A DNA stretch of 64,000 bases from Hydrolagus affinis. Its lineage: Eukaryota. The stretch's first letter is position 1; every line of letters begins with the position of its first letter. The notes beneath the pieces are model-generated. The model was not told the origin of the DNA. It did no database searches and saw only the letters and a program-made list of their open reading frames with translations. Positions 24,708 through 37,317 of this stretch are shown here, piece after piece. Position numbers and translations under genes: made by a program. The stretch spans positions 1-64,000 of the forward strand of contig JAAILG010000791.1 in NCBI GenBank assembly GCA_012026655.1. Direction: 5' to 3'.

Positions 24708-24887
24708 ATTTGGTGACTTGATCCATGACTGTTTGTGGGACACTGCTGTGCGCAATTGGCTGCCGCGTTTCTCCCACAAAGTGTACAGTCAGTTCACATT
24801 AAACTGTATTCTGTGAAGTGGTTTGAGATGTTTGGACAATGTGATAAGGCGCTATATCAAATACAATAATTATTATTATATTATAAT
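24708..24887 (+). mobile_element. Young SINE, 3' half
   Basis: Matches the reference copy from aatttggt..atccatgactgtttgtggga onward. Confidence 0.9.
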
Positions 24888-25802
24888 AAAGTATCTGTGT
24901 GTTTGACTTTTAAGGTGAAAAAAACCTTTTCACCTTTCCAAAGATACATATTCTAACATCTACAAAAAAGCCTTTTTGTCTATTTCCAATGCAGAATGTT
25001 TCAATGTTCAACACCATAAAATGTAGAGCTCAACCACAGGCTGTTCTCGAACAAGCATTGACTTTTGGTAAAAAGTGATAGCTCCAATTTTGATCCTTCA
25101 ACCTTTATCAACATTCTTTTCCTCACTATCTTCTCTAATCTTAAGTGGAATGCAAACATGTCCTCTATTGCACACAATGCCTCTCAAGAATCTCGGTTTG
25201 TTCTTTTGGGCCAAACATCTCTTAATTCCTTCCCCTAAACATCTCTTAATTCCCTATCAGGGTCCTTGCTAAATGCTCAGAAGTCTTCACAGTGGTTATT
25301 ATTTATTTATAAAGCAAAACAACGGCAGTTTGTATGATGAAGAAAGAAACAAAGTTCGAAAGTTCGAAGAAGAAAGTCGAATCTGCAGAACACTCTGAGA
25401 AGTGAATATATAGTAGTCTTAATATGATTGAAGAATAGATACTGTACATACATCGAGAGAGGGAGAAAATTCCACCTTGATCCCAACTTGAATAGATTGA
25501 GGAGCAGTTACTCCCTGGCAAACTGACATCATTACTCCCTGAAAAATTGAGATATGTAGAAGATGTAAAAATCGCTATATCAAATGCAAGGATTATTATT
25601 ATTGTTCTAATAAATCAAAAATCAACCCACAAATGCTTTGCTGCAATATTAGATTAGAGCGAGGGGAATAATAGCAGATTTGTGCTGTTTTATTAGCATG
25701 GGGGTCTGAAAATGTGTGCACCTACTTAAAACACAAAATAGTCTGATACTGTACTATGTTTCATTGTTAAAAATGAGGAATAGAATACAATGATTGCAAT
25801 GT

Positions 25803-26086
25803 TAATAATAATAATAATAATCCTTGCATTTGATATAGCGGTTTTCACGTCTTCCAGAGATCTCAAAATGCTTCACAGAATATACTGTAAAGTGAATTTA
25901 CTATATATTTGTGGACGTAACGCGGTAGCCAATTACGCATAGCAGTGTACGATAAACAGTTGTGGATTGAAATAACTGATTTTTTATTGTTTTCTTTTGA
26001 GGGATTATTAGCAGACATGTGGAGTAAGGAAACTTGCCCAAGGTTTTGCCATGCCGGGAATCAAACCCACTGAGCTACAGGAATCC
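25803..26086 (-). mobile_element. Young SINE with a deletion in the head
   Basis: Reverse complement of the reference copy, ending cactgagctacagga. Confidence 0.9.
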
Positions 26087-27807
26087 CGGATGATGGAAAA
26101 TAATGGAATGATGGAAAATAACTATGTGTTTATACACAGTCAATCCATGTTACTCTATATACAGTATTGTAAAGCACTTTTTACGCATTTCAATGACATG
26201 AAAGGTGAATATCAAATGCAAGGCTTATTATTGTCTTAAAAAGTTTGACTGAGACTCATGAAAGTTACCATAGTTCTGTGACGATGGTTGTGCCAGATTG
26301 ATTTTGCCATGACCCTTTCATCATGGAAATGGAACATTAACAGTTTGAAGTTGATGAAGGTTGAATTAAATTTGAATGGTAATTGGGCTGGCAGATTGTA
26401 CTAACTGCAACAAATGTGCACAATGCTAAGGCATTGTAAATGTCACTGATGTTCACACCCTGCTATGTCACCCTGCTTTGCATCTGTATCTCGTTCTTGT
26501 TCATTATAACTGCATCTACTAATGAATTTGTTGGTTAGTCCTGCTTAGAAATAACATGCGCTCTGCCAACATCAAAACTAAAATAACATTTGGAGCAATA
26601 AAGTGAAGCAGAGCTGAGATGAAAGCTACTTTCTGCTTTCAGCTGATTCCAACAAACCCTCTGAGCTATTGCATTAGGTTAGTTTGCATTTGTTTGTAAA
26701 ATTCTCTCAGTAAGTCCAAAGGTCAGTGAACAAAAGGAAATGGTGAAGGTAAGTAATCCCTATTGTTAAAACCTGCAATAAATGCCAATTCAGCACTGAA
26801 CAGCAAAGAACAAGAACACATGAAATACAGTATGCCTCAATAGAATGTATGTTACTGAAGCCAAAGCCTCATAAGATCCCATTGGTTAGTAAGCAGTGGA
26901 ACAATAACTTTTTAAAGGTAGGTTTAAGGCATTTTCAATAAGAAAGTAAGTTCCTCCAGTTAAGTTTAATTGGAGATACAGTATCAGCAATTACAATAAA
27001 GAATAATTCTGAATTTGTTCCAGAATCAGCTTCACATCTGCATCTGTTGTTTGTTCCCAAAGAATGAAACTACACACACAAAAAAACATTCAGAGCAAAA
27101 GGAGCAAGATACTGTATTAGGGAAACAGAATGCTGGAAGTGTGTTGCAAGATAATGACAAACTTGATGGCTTTGATGCTGTGAACAGTTCCATCATCATT
27201 CAGATCTCAAAGAATGAATCCAAGAACAGCCTCACAAAAATAGATTTAATATGTCCACTGTATGTCACCATTTTCCTGTAACTGGCCTATTTTATGTTTT
27301 ACCCTGGATCGTTCAAACCACAAAGTGCATGTATCTTATGACCCAAAATGTGATGCTCTCCAATTTACATAGGATCAACAACAACTTGTATTTATATAGC
27401 GCCCCTCACGTGGGTAATGGAGATGAAGAAAGGTGGTCCTGGTCAGGAACTGGATGTGGAGAAGGAATGATAGTTTTGGGTGAAACCTGAGTCTTCTGAT
27501 TTCATGCATATTCCTTTTATAATAGTAAAATTGGGAACCATCAAACCTTACTGAAATATGGAGAGAGCAATAGAAAATTGCATTTGTATATCACCCTTCA
27601 CATAAAACATCTTGAAGCTATTCACAACATGTTATTGATCAGTTAATTACGCAGACAAACTCAGCTGTTGATCTGCAACACTAACATTCCATAACCAACA
27701 ATGAGACAAATAGCAGTTAATTTGAATATCGAGGTACATTTTGATTAGGAGGAGAATATAAGACAAAGGTGAGCATTGATGGGATCATGGATAAAGCTGT
27801 ATCTTAA

Positions 27808-28101
27808 ATAATAATAATATTTGTGTTTGATATAGTGCCTTATCATGTCATGAGATGTCTCAAAGCACTTCACAGGACATATTGTAAAGTACTGTGTGTT
27901 TTGTGGGTGAAACGTGGCAGCCAATTGCGCACATCAATGTCCCACATTATTACCCATGGAAAGTAATCCACCAATCGACCAACAACCAGGTTCCTTCTAA
28001 CTGCTCGGAAAATAGAGGTGTGTGGAGTAAAGAAACTTGCCTAAGATTTCTCCCCACCCGGGAATTGAATGTGGGTCCTCTCACTTGCGAGCGAGTGTTC
28101 T
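27808..28101 (-). mobile_element. SINE, variant subfamily
   Basis: Tail, body and head are recognisable; the central linker differs from the reference copy. Confidence 0.82.
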
Positions 28102-28144
28102 AAATAAATATAAATAATCCTTGCAATGGATTCCAGACCAGGAG

Positions 28145-28378
28145 CGCGCTGGTTCAAAATCTGATCCTCTTGAGTTTGCCAAAGGAAGGTTAATTGACCC
28201 TAGTAGAGGTAGGGGATAGAGAAAAGGAGCCAGAGCTTGAGCTCCTGTTCTCTCTTTAGCACCCTCCACTGGCAGTCGGGTGAGTAAGGATCAGGCTGAG
28301 TTATGACACCCTCTACAGTCCAGTCAGTGGCTCTTCTGACATTCATTGCCAAAGCTCACACGTAAACAATGGCCCGTA
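28145..28378 (+). mobile_element. Ancient SINE-like repeat; related copy at about 45925-46140
   Basis: Both copies share blocks gtgag..a.gatcag and gaca.tca.tg.caagctcaca.gt.aa. Confidence 0.4.
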
Positions 28379-29917
28379 GAACCACAATTCAACAAGAGGA
28401 AGCCAGATGAGAAGCAGAAAGAGACATATACAGCACCAATGTCAAGAACATTATCAAAATAACTGGGCGCACTAAATTCAAAGGAAAAAAACAGATATAA
28501 ACCAAGACGACCAAGAGAAAGGTTCTTAAGATAGCAATGGTGGAGAAATCAGGCAGCTAACCTGTGACTGCAATATTGAAGAAAATGAAAATAAGAAAGA
28601 GAAAATTAAATATATTTGAGTAAAAATAGGGAAAATTAATTAATGGATACCTAGCAATGAATACAAAGCAATGAAAGACAATCAAGATGCATGAATACAG
28701 TAATGCCAAATTATAATTAGATTATATTACAGCCATGAAATCGTTCCTTCATATTAGTCAAGATTTTTGTCTTTGCATGGGAGGGAGATTGTCTTTGGTC
28801 AATTTATTGTGCTGCAGCTGGCTGGAGCATACAGTATATTCTTTGATGCCCAATGATGTTAGGATGACAATGATTGATGATTGTAATGTCATCCATGCAG
28901 ATTTCTTACACAGAGTTACATTGCAGTCAATTAAAGGAAGGCTCCACGTCTGTAATTCTTGGGTTGATTGTCTGCTGGTTATTCTTTGTAGTTACATCCG
29001 GGAAACAGGAACAAATATCAGTCAGCTTGTGTTGTTACTACAATCAACTGATGGTTATTAAGATTCTTCTTAAAAATCCAATTGTATCAAACAAAAGGTC
29101 AAATGGTTGTAACTGTGTCTCTGATCAGATTATTAAGTGATGTTTGATAACTTGATTGTTTAACTAGCTGCACTTCATACACAGAGCACTTTCTTTTAGT
29201 TCCCTTTCCCTTGTGTTTAGGGGCCGAGTGTTTCTAATTTTACATGCAGAATGTAATGAGTGAACATCATTTGACAGTGATGTGTAGAACTGGTTAATGA
29301 CAAGTGTCTATTTCCACCTCAAACATTTAAAATCTCATTTATTTTCAATGAGACATGTGAATTCTCTCAGAATATTTCCTCTCATGTATTGCTGTGGACT
29401 TGCAGTCCTCTATCCTACTATTTTTCCCATAAAATCTCATAATTGGCATTGATTTGATCTTGGTAACTTTGCAGTACAAAACCACTCATTCCAAAACTAG
29501 CCCAGTTGTTGAGAGCTGCCTAGTGGTGTGTACTGTGTGTGACACCTCCTTAAAAAAAGCATTTCATCAGCTACCAAGCTACAAATCTGTCAGTGAATGA
29601 AGGGAGCTCAAATTCTCTGCTATAGCTTGTCAGATCAACGTCATCTGTATATTATTGGTTAAACATTTGTAAGACTGACCTGTTAAATGATGGACTGTAC
29701 ATTCAATCAGATGAAAATATGTGATTTTCAATACTTTAGTGTTATTAATGCGCTTCATGTCCAATGGAGTTTAACAATGGACGTATGCCACATTGAGCTT
29801 CATGCGGAGCAGGAATTATGTGTAGAACTCGAAAATCAGGTGTATGTTGTTAACATTCTCAAAGAGCTGCTTGCACAATGCATCCGTAAATAACAGGGCT
29901 CGCGGAAAAAATCACTC

Positions 29918-29967
29918 TGTGAACTACTGCAATCGTGTTGGCTTTTGACACGATTGAAGTAGTCACA
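29918..29967. repeat. Imperfect ~22-bp hairpin
   Basis: TGTGAACTACTGCAATCGTGTTG-gcttt-TGACACGATTGAAGTAGTCACA. Confidence 0.85.
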
Positions 29968-30492
29968 ATTTGCTGATAATTGTAAAAGATAATACTGTAA
30001 AAAAGTTCATTTCAAAAAGTAATGGCCTGGTACTCATTTAACTATTCTTATAAAGTGCTGTGACCACAAGTCCCCAGAATAGTACCAGAATATTAGCTTA
30101 CATGCAAGCTGCTTAATTTACATGAAATCATAAATGTGTTGCTCATCAATAAAATAAGCAACGCCATGATAATATATTTGGTTTCATATTTTTATAGGAC
30201 ACACAAGATGTCCAAAGCTCCGAGGGTTTTTCAGAACACAAAGAAGTAGTTAAACAAAAGGAGCAATGCAGTAGTAGTCATTATTCAAGTTCAGTTTGGG
30301 GTAGCATTTTTCTCTCTTAAATTTTATCCTTTTTAGCTCGCTGATCTGTGCACAGCTTTTTTTCCCCACTCACAGCATAGTGGTATGTAGTCAATCCAGA
30401 GCAGTTATTTAACCAAATTGGTCAAATTTGATGAGGATGGATACCACTGTCCTTGGAGCAACCATCTACTTCCAAAAGTAGATATTAGGAGA

Positions 30493-30696
30493 TAACAATA
30501 ATCCTTGCATTTGATATACTGTAGCACTTTATCGTGTTTGAGACATCTCAAAGTGATTCACAGAATATACTGCAAAGTGAATTGACTGTATATTTTGTGG
30601 GCAAAGCGCAGAAGCGCACATTTCACCCTGCGGGAATCAAACCCAGGTCTCTCACTTGCAAGGTGAGTCCTCTGACTACCGAGTTACAGGACTCCA
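30493..30696 (-). mobile_element. Young SINE, internally deleted
   Basis: Tail and head are present; the central linker is missing. Confidence 0.85.
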
Positions 30697-30841
30697 GATG
30701 CTCTTCAAATGGGACAATTCAGGCAATGTTCAGTGTTTCCAATTAGTGCAATTATAATTGCAAAACGTCCCTATAATACAGCAAATACAATTGAACAACA
30801 AGCAGCCCAGAAATTAAATTTGCACTTTTCCATCCTCATTG

Positions 30842-31031
30842 AAAAAAACCACAATAATAAAAAAATTGGTCATTTCAATCCATGACTGTTTGTGGGACAC
30901 TGATGTGAACAATTGGCTGCCACGTTTGGCCCACAAAAATAGAGTCAATTCACTTTACAGTATATTCTATGAAGTGCTTTGAGTCGATAAGATGTGAAAA
31001 GCGTGTATCAAATGCAAGGATTATTATTATT
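30842..31031 (+). mobile_element. Young SINE, 5'-truncated
   Basis: Begins at the A-rich linker and runs to the (att)n tail. Confidence 0.9.
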
Positions 31032-31169
31032 AAAAATGAGATGCACTAGCTTCAAGTTTAGAACATGGGAATCTAAGTGGAATGGGTTGTTTTGTGTAGC
31101 TTCGTGCATGAGATATGATGACAACAATGTACATAGGAAATGATGGTTATCAGCAGATATGGGAAACAA

Positions 31170-31388
31170 AGAGGCTTAAATTCCGAAAGGGATCTAGGCA
31201 ATGAGATGAGTTTCAACACCTTGAAAGCCATTTCTCGTAAAGTTGGTCAAACATGTGGGAGAAGGCAATATAGGGGCATTGAAGGGAGAGATAGGTTTTG
31301 GAGGGGTAGATATGTAGAATAAAACATCAACCCTGACTATTTGAGCTGAATGGCCTGTTATGGTTGAATAGTCTGTGCAATTCTTCAG
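31170..31388 (+). mobile_element. CR1 3' end, old
   Basis: gactatttgagctgaatggcctgtt...tctgtgcaattct resembles the CR1 terminal gggccgaatggcct motif. Confidence 0.5.
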
Positions 31389-31837
31389 ATGCATTTAATC
31401 ACAAATCAAAATAAGTCATTTCACCTTGTGCAGAATGCTAATGAGGCCTCATTTGGAATATTAAGCAATACCAAAGCCACGCACATTGGTGGCATGGAAG
31501 ATAATTTCCCAATCCATTCCCATAGAAATGTATAGGACTGGGAAAGACCATCACAGTTTATCTGACTAGCTCCAAATTAAAAGCATATTATTATTAATAA
31601 TCATTATTTAGGTTCGCTTTTCATGTTACAGAGGTTTTCAGGACAGCACACACAGAAACAGCAGAAGTGACTTACCCTATGGTAAGTGGTGGTGAATGGG
31701 GCGACAGCAGCAATTTTCTATTGCACTGCTCCCAACAGAGGCATCACTATCATATCAAGCCAACATAAGATGAAGGCTCTCAGCCATGACTGCTCTAAGT
31801 TAGCTCAGGTCAGTTCTTTGAATCACAGCAAGAGGCT

Positions 31838-31954
31838 ATAATAATAGAATAATAATCCTTGCATTTGATATAGCTCCTTATCATATCATTGAGACGTCCC
31901 AAAGCGCTTCATAGAATAAACTGTAAAATTGAATTGACTGTATTTTGTGGGCGA
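31838..31954 (-). mobile_element. SINE tail fragment
   Basis: ataatccttgcatttgatatagc...gaattgactgtattttgtgggcgaa. Confidence 0.85.
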
Positions 31955-34019
31955 ATATTACTGTCTGACCCTTGTATTTAAAGTGCTGTTTTTGTAACTT
32001 TGTCTTTTTTGTTGTATTAGTTTATTTTAAAATAAAGTAGAAATTTTACATGGAAGTTGAATCTGCCGGCAGTTGCTCTGTTGGTGTCAAAGGAAAAAGA
32101 CAGCAAGTTAAACATCGTAGGGCTGAACAATAATGAAAATGTTGCAGTATCTTAGGTTTCGACATCTGTCACATTTGCTACTCTAAGTCAATGAATTTTA
32201 GTTTGAAACTGCGATAATGAGAATATATTTGCACAAGTAAAATAGAGAAAAGGGGTGTGACCATTGTAAACATGCGAATGAATAATGCAGTAGCTCAGAA
32301 CACAGTATGGTATGCTTACAACCCAGGCAAATAGGTGTTCTTTTTGGCAGCTGTTAAAGGTCCCCAATAAAATGAGTTAAGGCAACATTAACTCAGTTCT
32401 CAAAGACAGCAAAAACACTGCTTATAATCTGGCAGTCTTACTAATGACTTGTGGGAGAAATGAGAAACGTCACATTAGTGTGGTTAAGGTGACCTGATGA
32501 GGCTTGGGTTAATACATTATTGGAATGGTGTGAAGGGAAGCTTAAATTCATTGTACTTGTTCAGTTCCTGACCTTTAAGTGCCTGATGCTGACACCTGGT
32601 GAAAAGGTCAACATTATAACATTCCACAAAATTAATATAAACATAAATTCACCTCTTTATGTTGCGAGTATCTAGTTGGAACACTTTTACTTTCAGTGTT
32701 AATATTGTAGTTGAATGTCAGCTCTCAGCGTTACTAGATTTCAGACCAAGAGAGAGTCCAATAAGCTGTGCCGTAAACAGCATTGTGAAAGAAAGGTCAG
32801 ATAAGGTTGCTTTCATGACATACCACTTAAAGAACTTACAAAATGCAACCTACACAGCAACAACAACTTGCACTTGTCCTTCACTCCCTCTCTTGTCAAT
32901 AACCAACAGAAAGCACACAAGGGTTTCCATTCTGTCAAATAACTTGGCCACTAATTTATAAATCTCACCCCTCCCATAAAAAGCTGCAGTTGCTCACTGG
33001 AATGTTCAAAGATAAACCTCAATCGGTGACTCCAATGTTGATGCAGAAATGATCCCAATTTATTAACAATGCATAACTAGTTTGGTAAACAAAAAAAGCT
33101 TTGAGAAACATATTGTCATGCAGTGTGTTACCAGATTGCTCTCTCTGCTTCCGATAAGATTATTATTTTCATGTTTTTGACCTTATTGTAATCTTTGTTC
33201 ATCTTTGCCTGTTTATAGACTCAATTTTACAGTGTGGATCCTTTCTCACTCAATGTTTTGCTTTGACCAGCAAAAACAAATACTTCCACTAGAGTGATTG
33301 TTATTTGGGTTGGTAATGCTTCCTGGTGAGAGTAATGTTAAGTTTTAAACAAGTTCAATGTTGTGCACAGAGAAAGAAGGACTGTAAGAACATCACAAGC
33401 CAGGGATGTGCCAACCTAGAACAAGGCAGCAAACATCTCTGCAAGTCTTGTTGACACTGCCTCTTCTATCTATAATTGCTATGTTGTCTACTCTCAATTA
33501 CTTGCCTATAATTTAAGTCAAACTCTCAATGTGCCCTGCTCATAGGGCTAAGTGTTTGAGTATATGTATCCCTTAGTTTCAAGGTCAACCCTAGCCAGTC
33601 CTAACTTCAGATATTCCAACCTGAAAGCAAATCAAAGTCTGGATACCACAGGTATACCTTCTCAACAGAGGTACTCTTGGTAGTTGATACAACCGAGATA
33701 TCTCTGGAAAAATAAATCAGAATAAAAACAGATAGGGAGTACTATCATATGAAATGGCACCAACTCATTAGAATTTAAAGCCAATTTTTTTTCACTATTA
33801 AGAGGAGATTCTCCCAACTGCATTACAAGTCTCATGGTCTTAGCAGAATAGCGGCACATTCCTCCTGTGGAGTACTTTTCTATGTTGTAAGCTAATGGAG
33901 GAGAATACATTGCTTCAAAGTGTTTCTTTTAACATAAGAGAGAAGATCTATGTCTCATGCTTTTACCAGCTACTACAGTTCCCAGTTGCAGGGGCTGGCT
34001 GGTTAAAATACTTTGCACA

Positions 34020-34300
34020 GCTTTGAAAAGGTCAATGAGGACAACTTATATAGGGCCTCCAGGGCTTCCATATGGCTTTGTGCTGCCATTAAAATTAACA
34101 CACAGATAATACATCTTAAAGTCTTGGAAACCAAAGGAATTTCCTTTAACAGAGATTTATTTGATTGTAATGACTTTAAAGCATTTAATCATCTAAAAAA
34201 AGTTCATATTTTGACAAAAAAATCTTTTTTTAAATACTTACAGATCAGGCATGTGTTAAGTGCTCTGCCTTTAGGGCTCATATTCCTAACAAGAGTTTAT
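34020..34300 (+). mobile_element. L1-clade LINE ORF2 C-terminal fossil
   Basis: KVLETKGISFNRDLFDCNDFKAFNHLKKVHILTKKSFFKYLQIRHVL resembles the fish L1 motif W..KGI....DLF....SF..L..K..L....FFRYLQIR.F. Confidence 0.6.
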
Positions 34301-34448
34301 TTAACTCTTTAAGAAGAAAATATTCAGAAACCTGATAGCATCATATATGTTCCCTTATAACTGTATTTTGCCTCAATGCTTCTTTGGTGAATGATTTGTT
34401 CATCAATTGGATTAGAAAATCTCTTGACCAGTCACACTGATTATAAAA

Positions 34449-34528
34449 AAAAACTAGTGGTTTGCTCGTCAGGTATACACTGAAATGTAAAAACTCAGTG
34501 GTTTGCTCGTCAGGTATACACTGAATTG
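34449..34528 (+). repeat. ~41-bp tandem duplication
   Basis: aaaaact(c)agtggtttgctcgtcaggtatacactgaa occurs twice. Confidence 0.9.
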
Positions 34529-34869
34529 ATCCAATTTATAATCAGCCAAAGAGCATAAGGCACTATAGTGTGGATCAAAGATATCAGATTATAAGGATGA
34601 TAAGTTCTGAAGGTCTCCTGGGGAAAGAGGAAATCGTGTTACTGGAGTTGATCCGAGACAGAATTATTTGGATCAAGGTGTCTTTCCAATCATTGTTCAA
34701 ACAATGCAATTTGCAGTCCAATTCCCAACTATCTTACTGAACCAAAAAACAATGAAACACATGTAATCAGGTTTTTGTGCAACAATCTAAGGTTCATAGG
34801 ATGCTTGGCTCTATTCCTAAATCAGTTCAGTTCAGATCCCCCAATGTCATACTCAACCTGTATAGTGTT

Positions 34870-35565
34870 CTGGTCTGGCCACTTATTGAGTACTGAATGC
34901 AGTTCCGGTTGCCAGGACATAAGTGTCTGAAATGACAATGTAGAGGAGAATTTGATCCCTAGAGAAATTAGTTTTAAAAAAATTATTAGACAAACTCGGG
35001 GTTTTCACTCTTGATTGGAGATATCTTAGAGAGAATTTACAGAGGTTTTACAGAGCCTTACTGAGATGATAGCCATAGAGAGCTATGTATATACTGTATA
35101 TAATATATATGTACTGGGACACTACCCTGTGTGATGAGCCTTACAAGCGAGAGACCTGGGTTCAATTCCAGGCAGGGCGAAACCTTGGGTAAGTTTCCTT
35201 ACTACACACTCCTAATAATAATCCCTCAAAAAAAAATTCTCACTTCAACCTACGACTGATTGTGGGGCACTGCTGTGCACAATTTGCTGCTGCGTTTCAC
35301 CACATGTATATAGTCAATTCACTTTACAATATATTTCTGTGAAGCACTTTGAGACGTCTAGAAGACGTGCAAAGCACTATATCAAATGCAACGATTATTA
35401 TTAGGTGTGTAAATTTCAAATGAGATTAATATGTAAATGCAGAATAGTACTTCTTGATGTACTAAGACCATACTGTACAAAAAAAAATGTAGATTTAGAG
35501 TTGCAAAAGCCAATTTCAGGATAAATATCAGGAAGATTGTTTTTACCTAGAAGAGGTGGAAGCCA
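34870..35565 (+). mobile_element. Old CR1 ORF2 fragments interrupted by a SINE
   Basis: ggccacttattgagtactgaatgcagttccggttgcca (RP.LEYC.QFW.P-like), ttttcactcttg..agatatcttagagagaattt (FSLE.RRLRGDL-like), atcaggaag..tttttacctag (IRK.FFT-like). Confidence 0.5.
35136..35402 (+). mobile_element. Young SINE, slightly 5'-truncated
   Basis: gccttacaagcgagagacctgggttcaattcc through to the tail. Confidence 0.9.
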
Positions 35566-36261
35566 GGATACTGACCTTAATATATATTTTTTAAAAGCCT
35601 GATACTCTGATGAGATGTCTGTAGGATGGATATCGGTAGGATAAAATCAAAGGGGGGATGGAGTGGGGGGTGGGGGTAAAGGGTCTTCTTCGTTGAAATG
35701 AATTGTGATCTTATGATGTAAACACCCCTATTAATGTTGCCAAGGCATACTATGTAGGCAACTAGTCTTAAACAACTGACACATTTGGAAAGTTTCACAG
35801 TTTACTTGGGCTCTCAAATGAGATGCATATGGCCTAAAGTTTAATCAATCAGTGCAGTATCAGAAGAAACCAAGTGGCACTCCATTCACTGCCATTTAGT
35901 TCCAGCCAGTACCTTTCCTCCAATGAGCATGGTTTGGAAAATAGCTTGCTGAGGTCCTCTCCCTAAGTCAATAAAACCTGAATTAATATGATAAGCACAA
36001 CAGCAAACTTCATTTGAATGAGTACAAATGCTGACTTTCAAAATTAATGCTGTTGCATTGTTCCAGAATACGGTAAATTATCAACCGAGTCAACCACCGC
36101 ATTTTCTCTCTCGTGCTTATAATGGTAAAGGGCATGAATCTAAGCCGAAAATTTTCACTGGGAAACTCTTGGCATTTTGCAATTTGAAATGGCTCTGCAG
36201 AGCTCACCAGAAAAATCAAATTCCAAAATGCCAAGAGTTTTCTGCATTCCAAGAAACCATA

Positions 36262-36585
36262 ATAAGGGCACTCGCATTGAAGGTTTACAGACATATTGGT
36301 TTTGTAGACTGGTCTGACAATCACTGTTCTCTGAGGTTCAGAATTAATAAGCAGATGTTGTGCAACCTATATGAGGAATTAAAGGAGGATTTTGAATCTC
36401 ATGTACCAACAAATTAAACTGCCGTGCAGAGAATATAATCCATGTGCTCACGTTCTTTACATACATCTGTCAAACACTGGTCAGTGCATTTGTGGGCATC
36501 CATCAGGCTGAAACAGTAAACAATGTGTTCGACACTTTGCCAGAGTCTCAAGGTGTCGTGCCTAGTAATATAATATTTAATTTGG
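36262..36585 (+). pseudogene. PIF/Harbinger (HARBI1-like) transposase N-terminal fossil, frameshifted
   Basis: RALALKVYRHIGFVDWSDNHCSLRFRINKQMLCNLYEELKEDFES, then IIHVLTFFTYICQTLVSAFVGIHQA, then KQCVRHFARVSRCRA. Colinear with the Harbinger pattern VYR.R....LSDE.C..RFR..K.....L...L..DL / AL.FFA.GSFQ...GD..GISQ.S.SRC. Confidence 0.62.
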
Positions 36586-36700
36586 GGGAAATTAATTTTA
36601 TACACAATCCTATTTAAAGAGAGTTTCTATGAAGCTCTCGTAGAACTCCTTTATGTACTGAAGAGTTAAGAAAATAGGTGTAGCCTCATCATGTCAACCA

Positions 36701-36813
36701 ATAATAACGATAATCCTTGCATATGATATAGTGCCTTATCATATCTTCAAATCGTCTTTACAAAGCCCTTTACAGAATGTATTGTAAATGAAATTGCACT
36801 ATATTTTGCGGGC
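36701..36813 (-). mobile_element. SINE tail fragment
   Basis: ataatccttgcatatgatatagtgcctt... Confidence 0.8.
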
Positions 36814-37240
36814 ATAAGACATCTCTTTGGATCATATTTCCTTACAGTTCGTGACATCAGTATTATTTTAGTCTAATTTCAAAACCTTTTCTTCCTCGAT
36901 GAATTGATTTCATTACTAAAATGTGAATCTAGCTCCTGCTAATACCTGGGTGGCAGATACTTTCAATGTAATTTTGTTGTTGTTGTATAATATGCAGTTC
37001 CTTCATCTCATTTTTGCACCGTTTAAGAGTGCCCTAGTCTATTCTGTGCTGATAGTGATATTGAAGAGGGTGCGCACAATACTGGGGTGTCACTTCCTTG
37101 CTTTGTGTCACCTGAAGTTCACCTGCTGATGTTATCATATTGATAGCTTGTGTGTGTGTGAATATGTTTTCCTCTCTTTTGCATTGCCATCACAATGTTT
37201 GCATTTTCCCCTCCCCATTCTCTCCATCCCTCTCTTTCAG

Positions 37241-37317
37241 CTGGTGACCCATTTTGGGTAGAGTTCCACAGAAATCAGCTATCCTCCGGTGCCTTGCCAA
37301 GTGGCCATTCGTCGTGA
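37241..37317 (+). other. Candidate terminal or poison exon start (3' end uncertain)
   Basis: ~35-nt polypyrimidine tract ending ctttcag|CTG. The phase-1 frame reads GDPFWVEFHRNQLSSGALPSGHSS*; the other two frames stop within 7 codons. Confidence 0.3.

Noticed and set aside
34449-34528. CRISPR-like repeat
   Set aside because: Only two adjacent copies with no spacers or cas genes, in a eukaryotic context; a simple tandem duplication.
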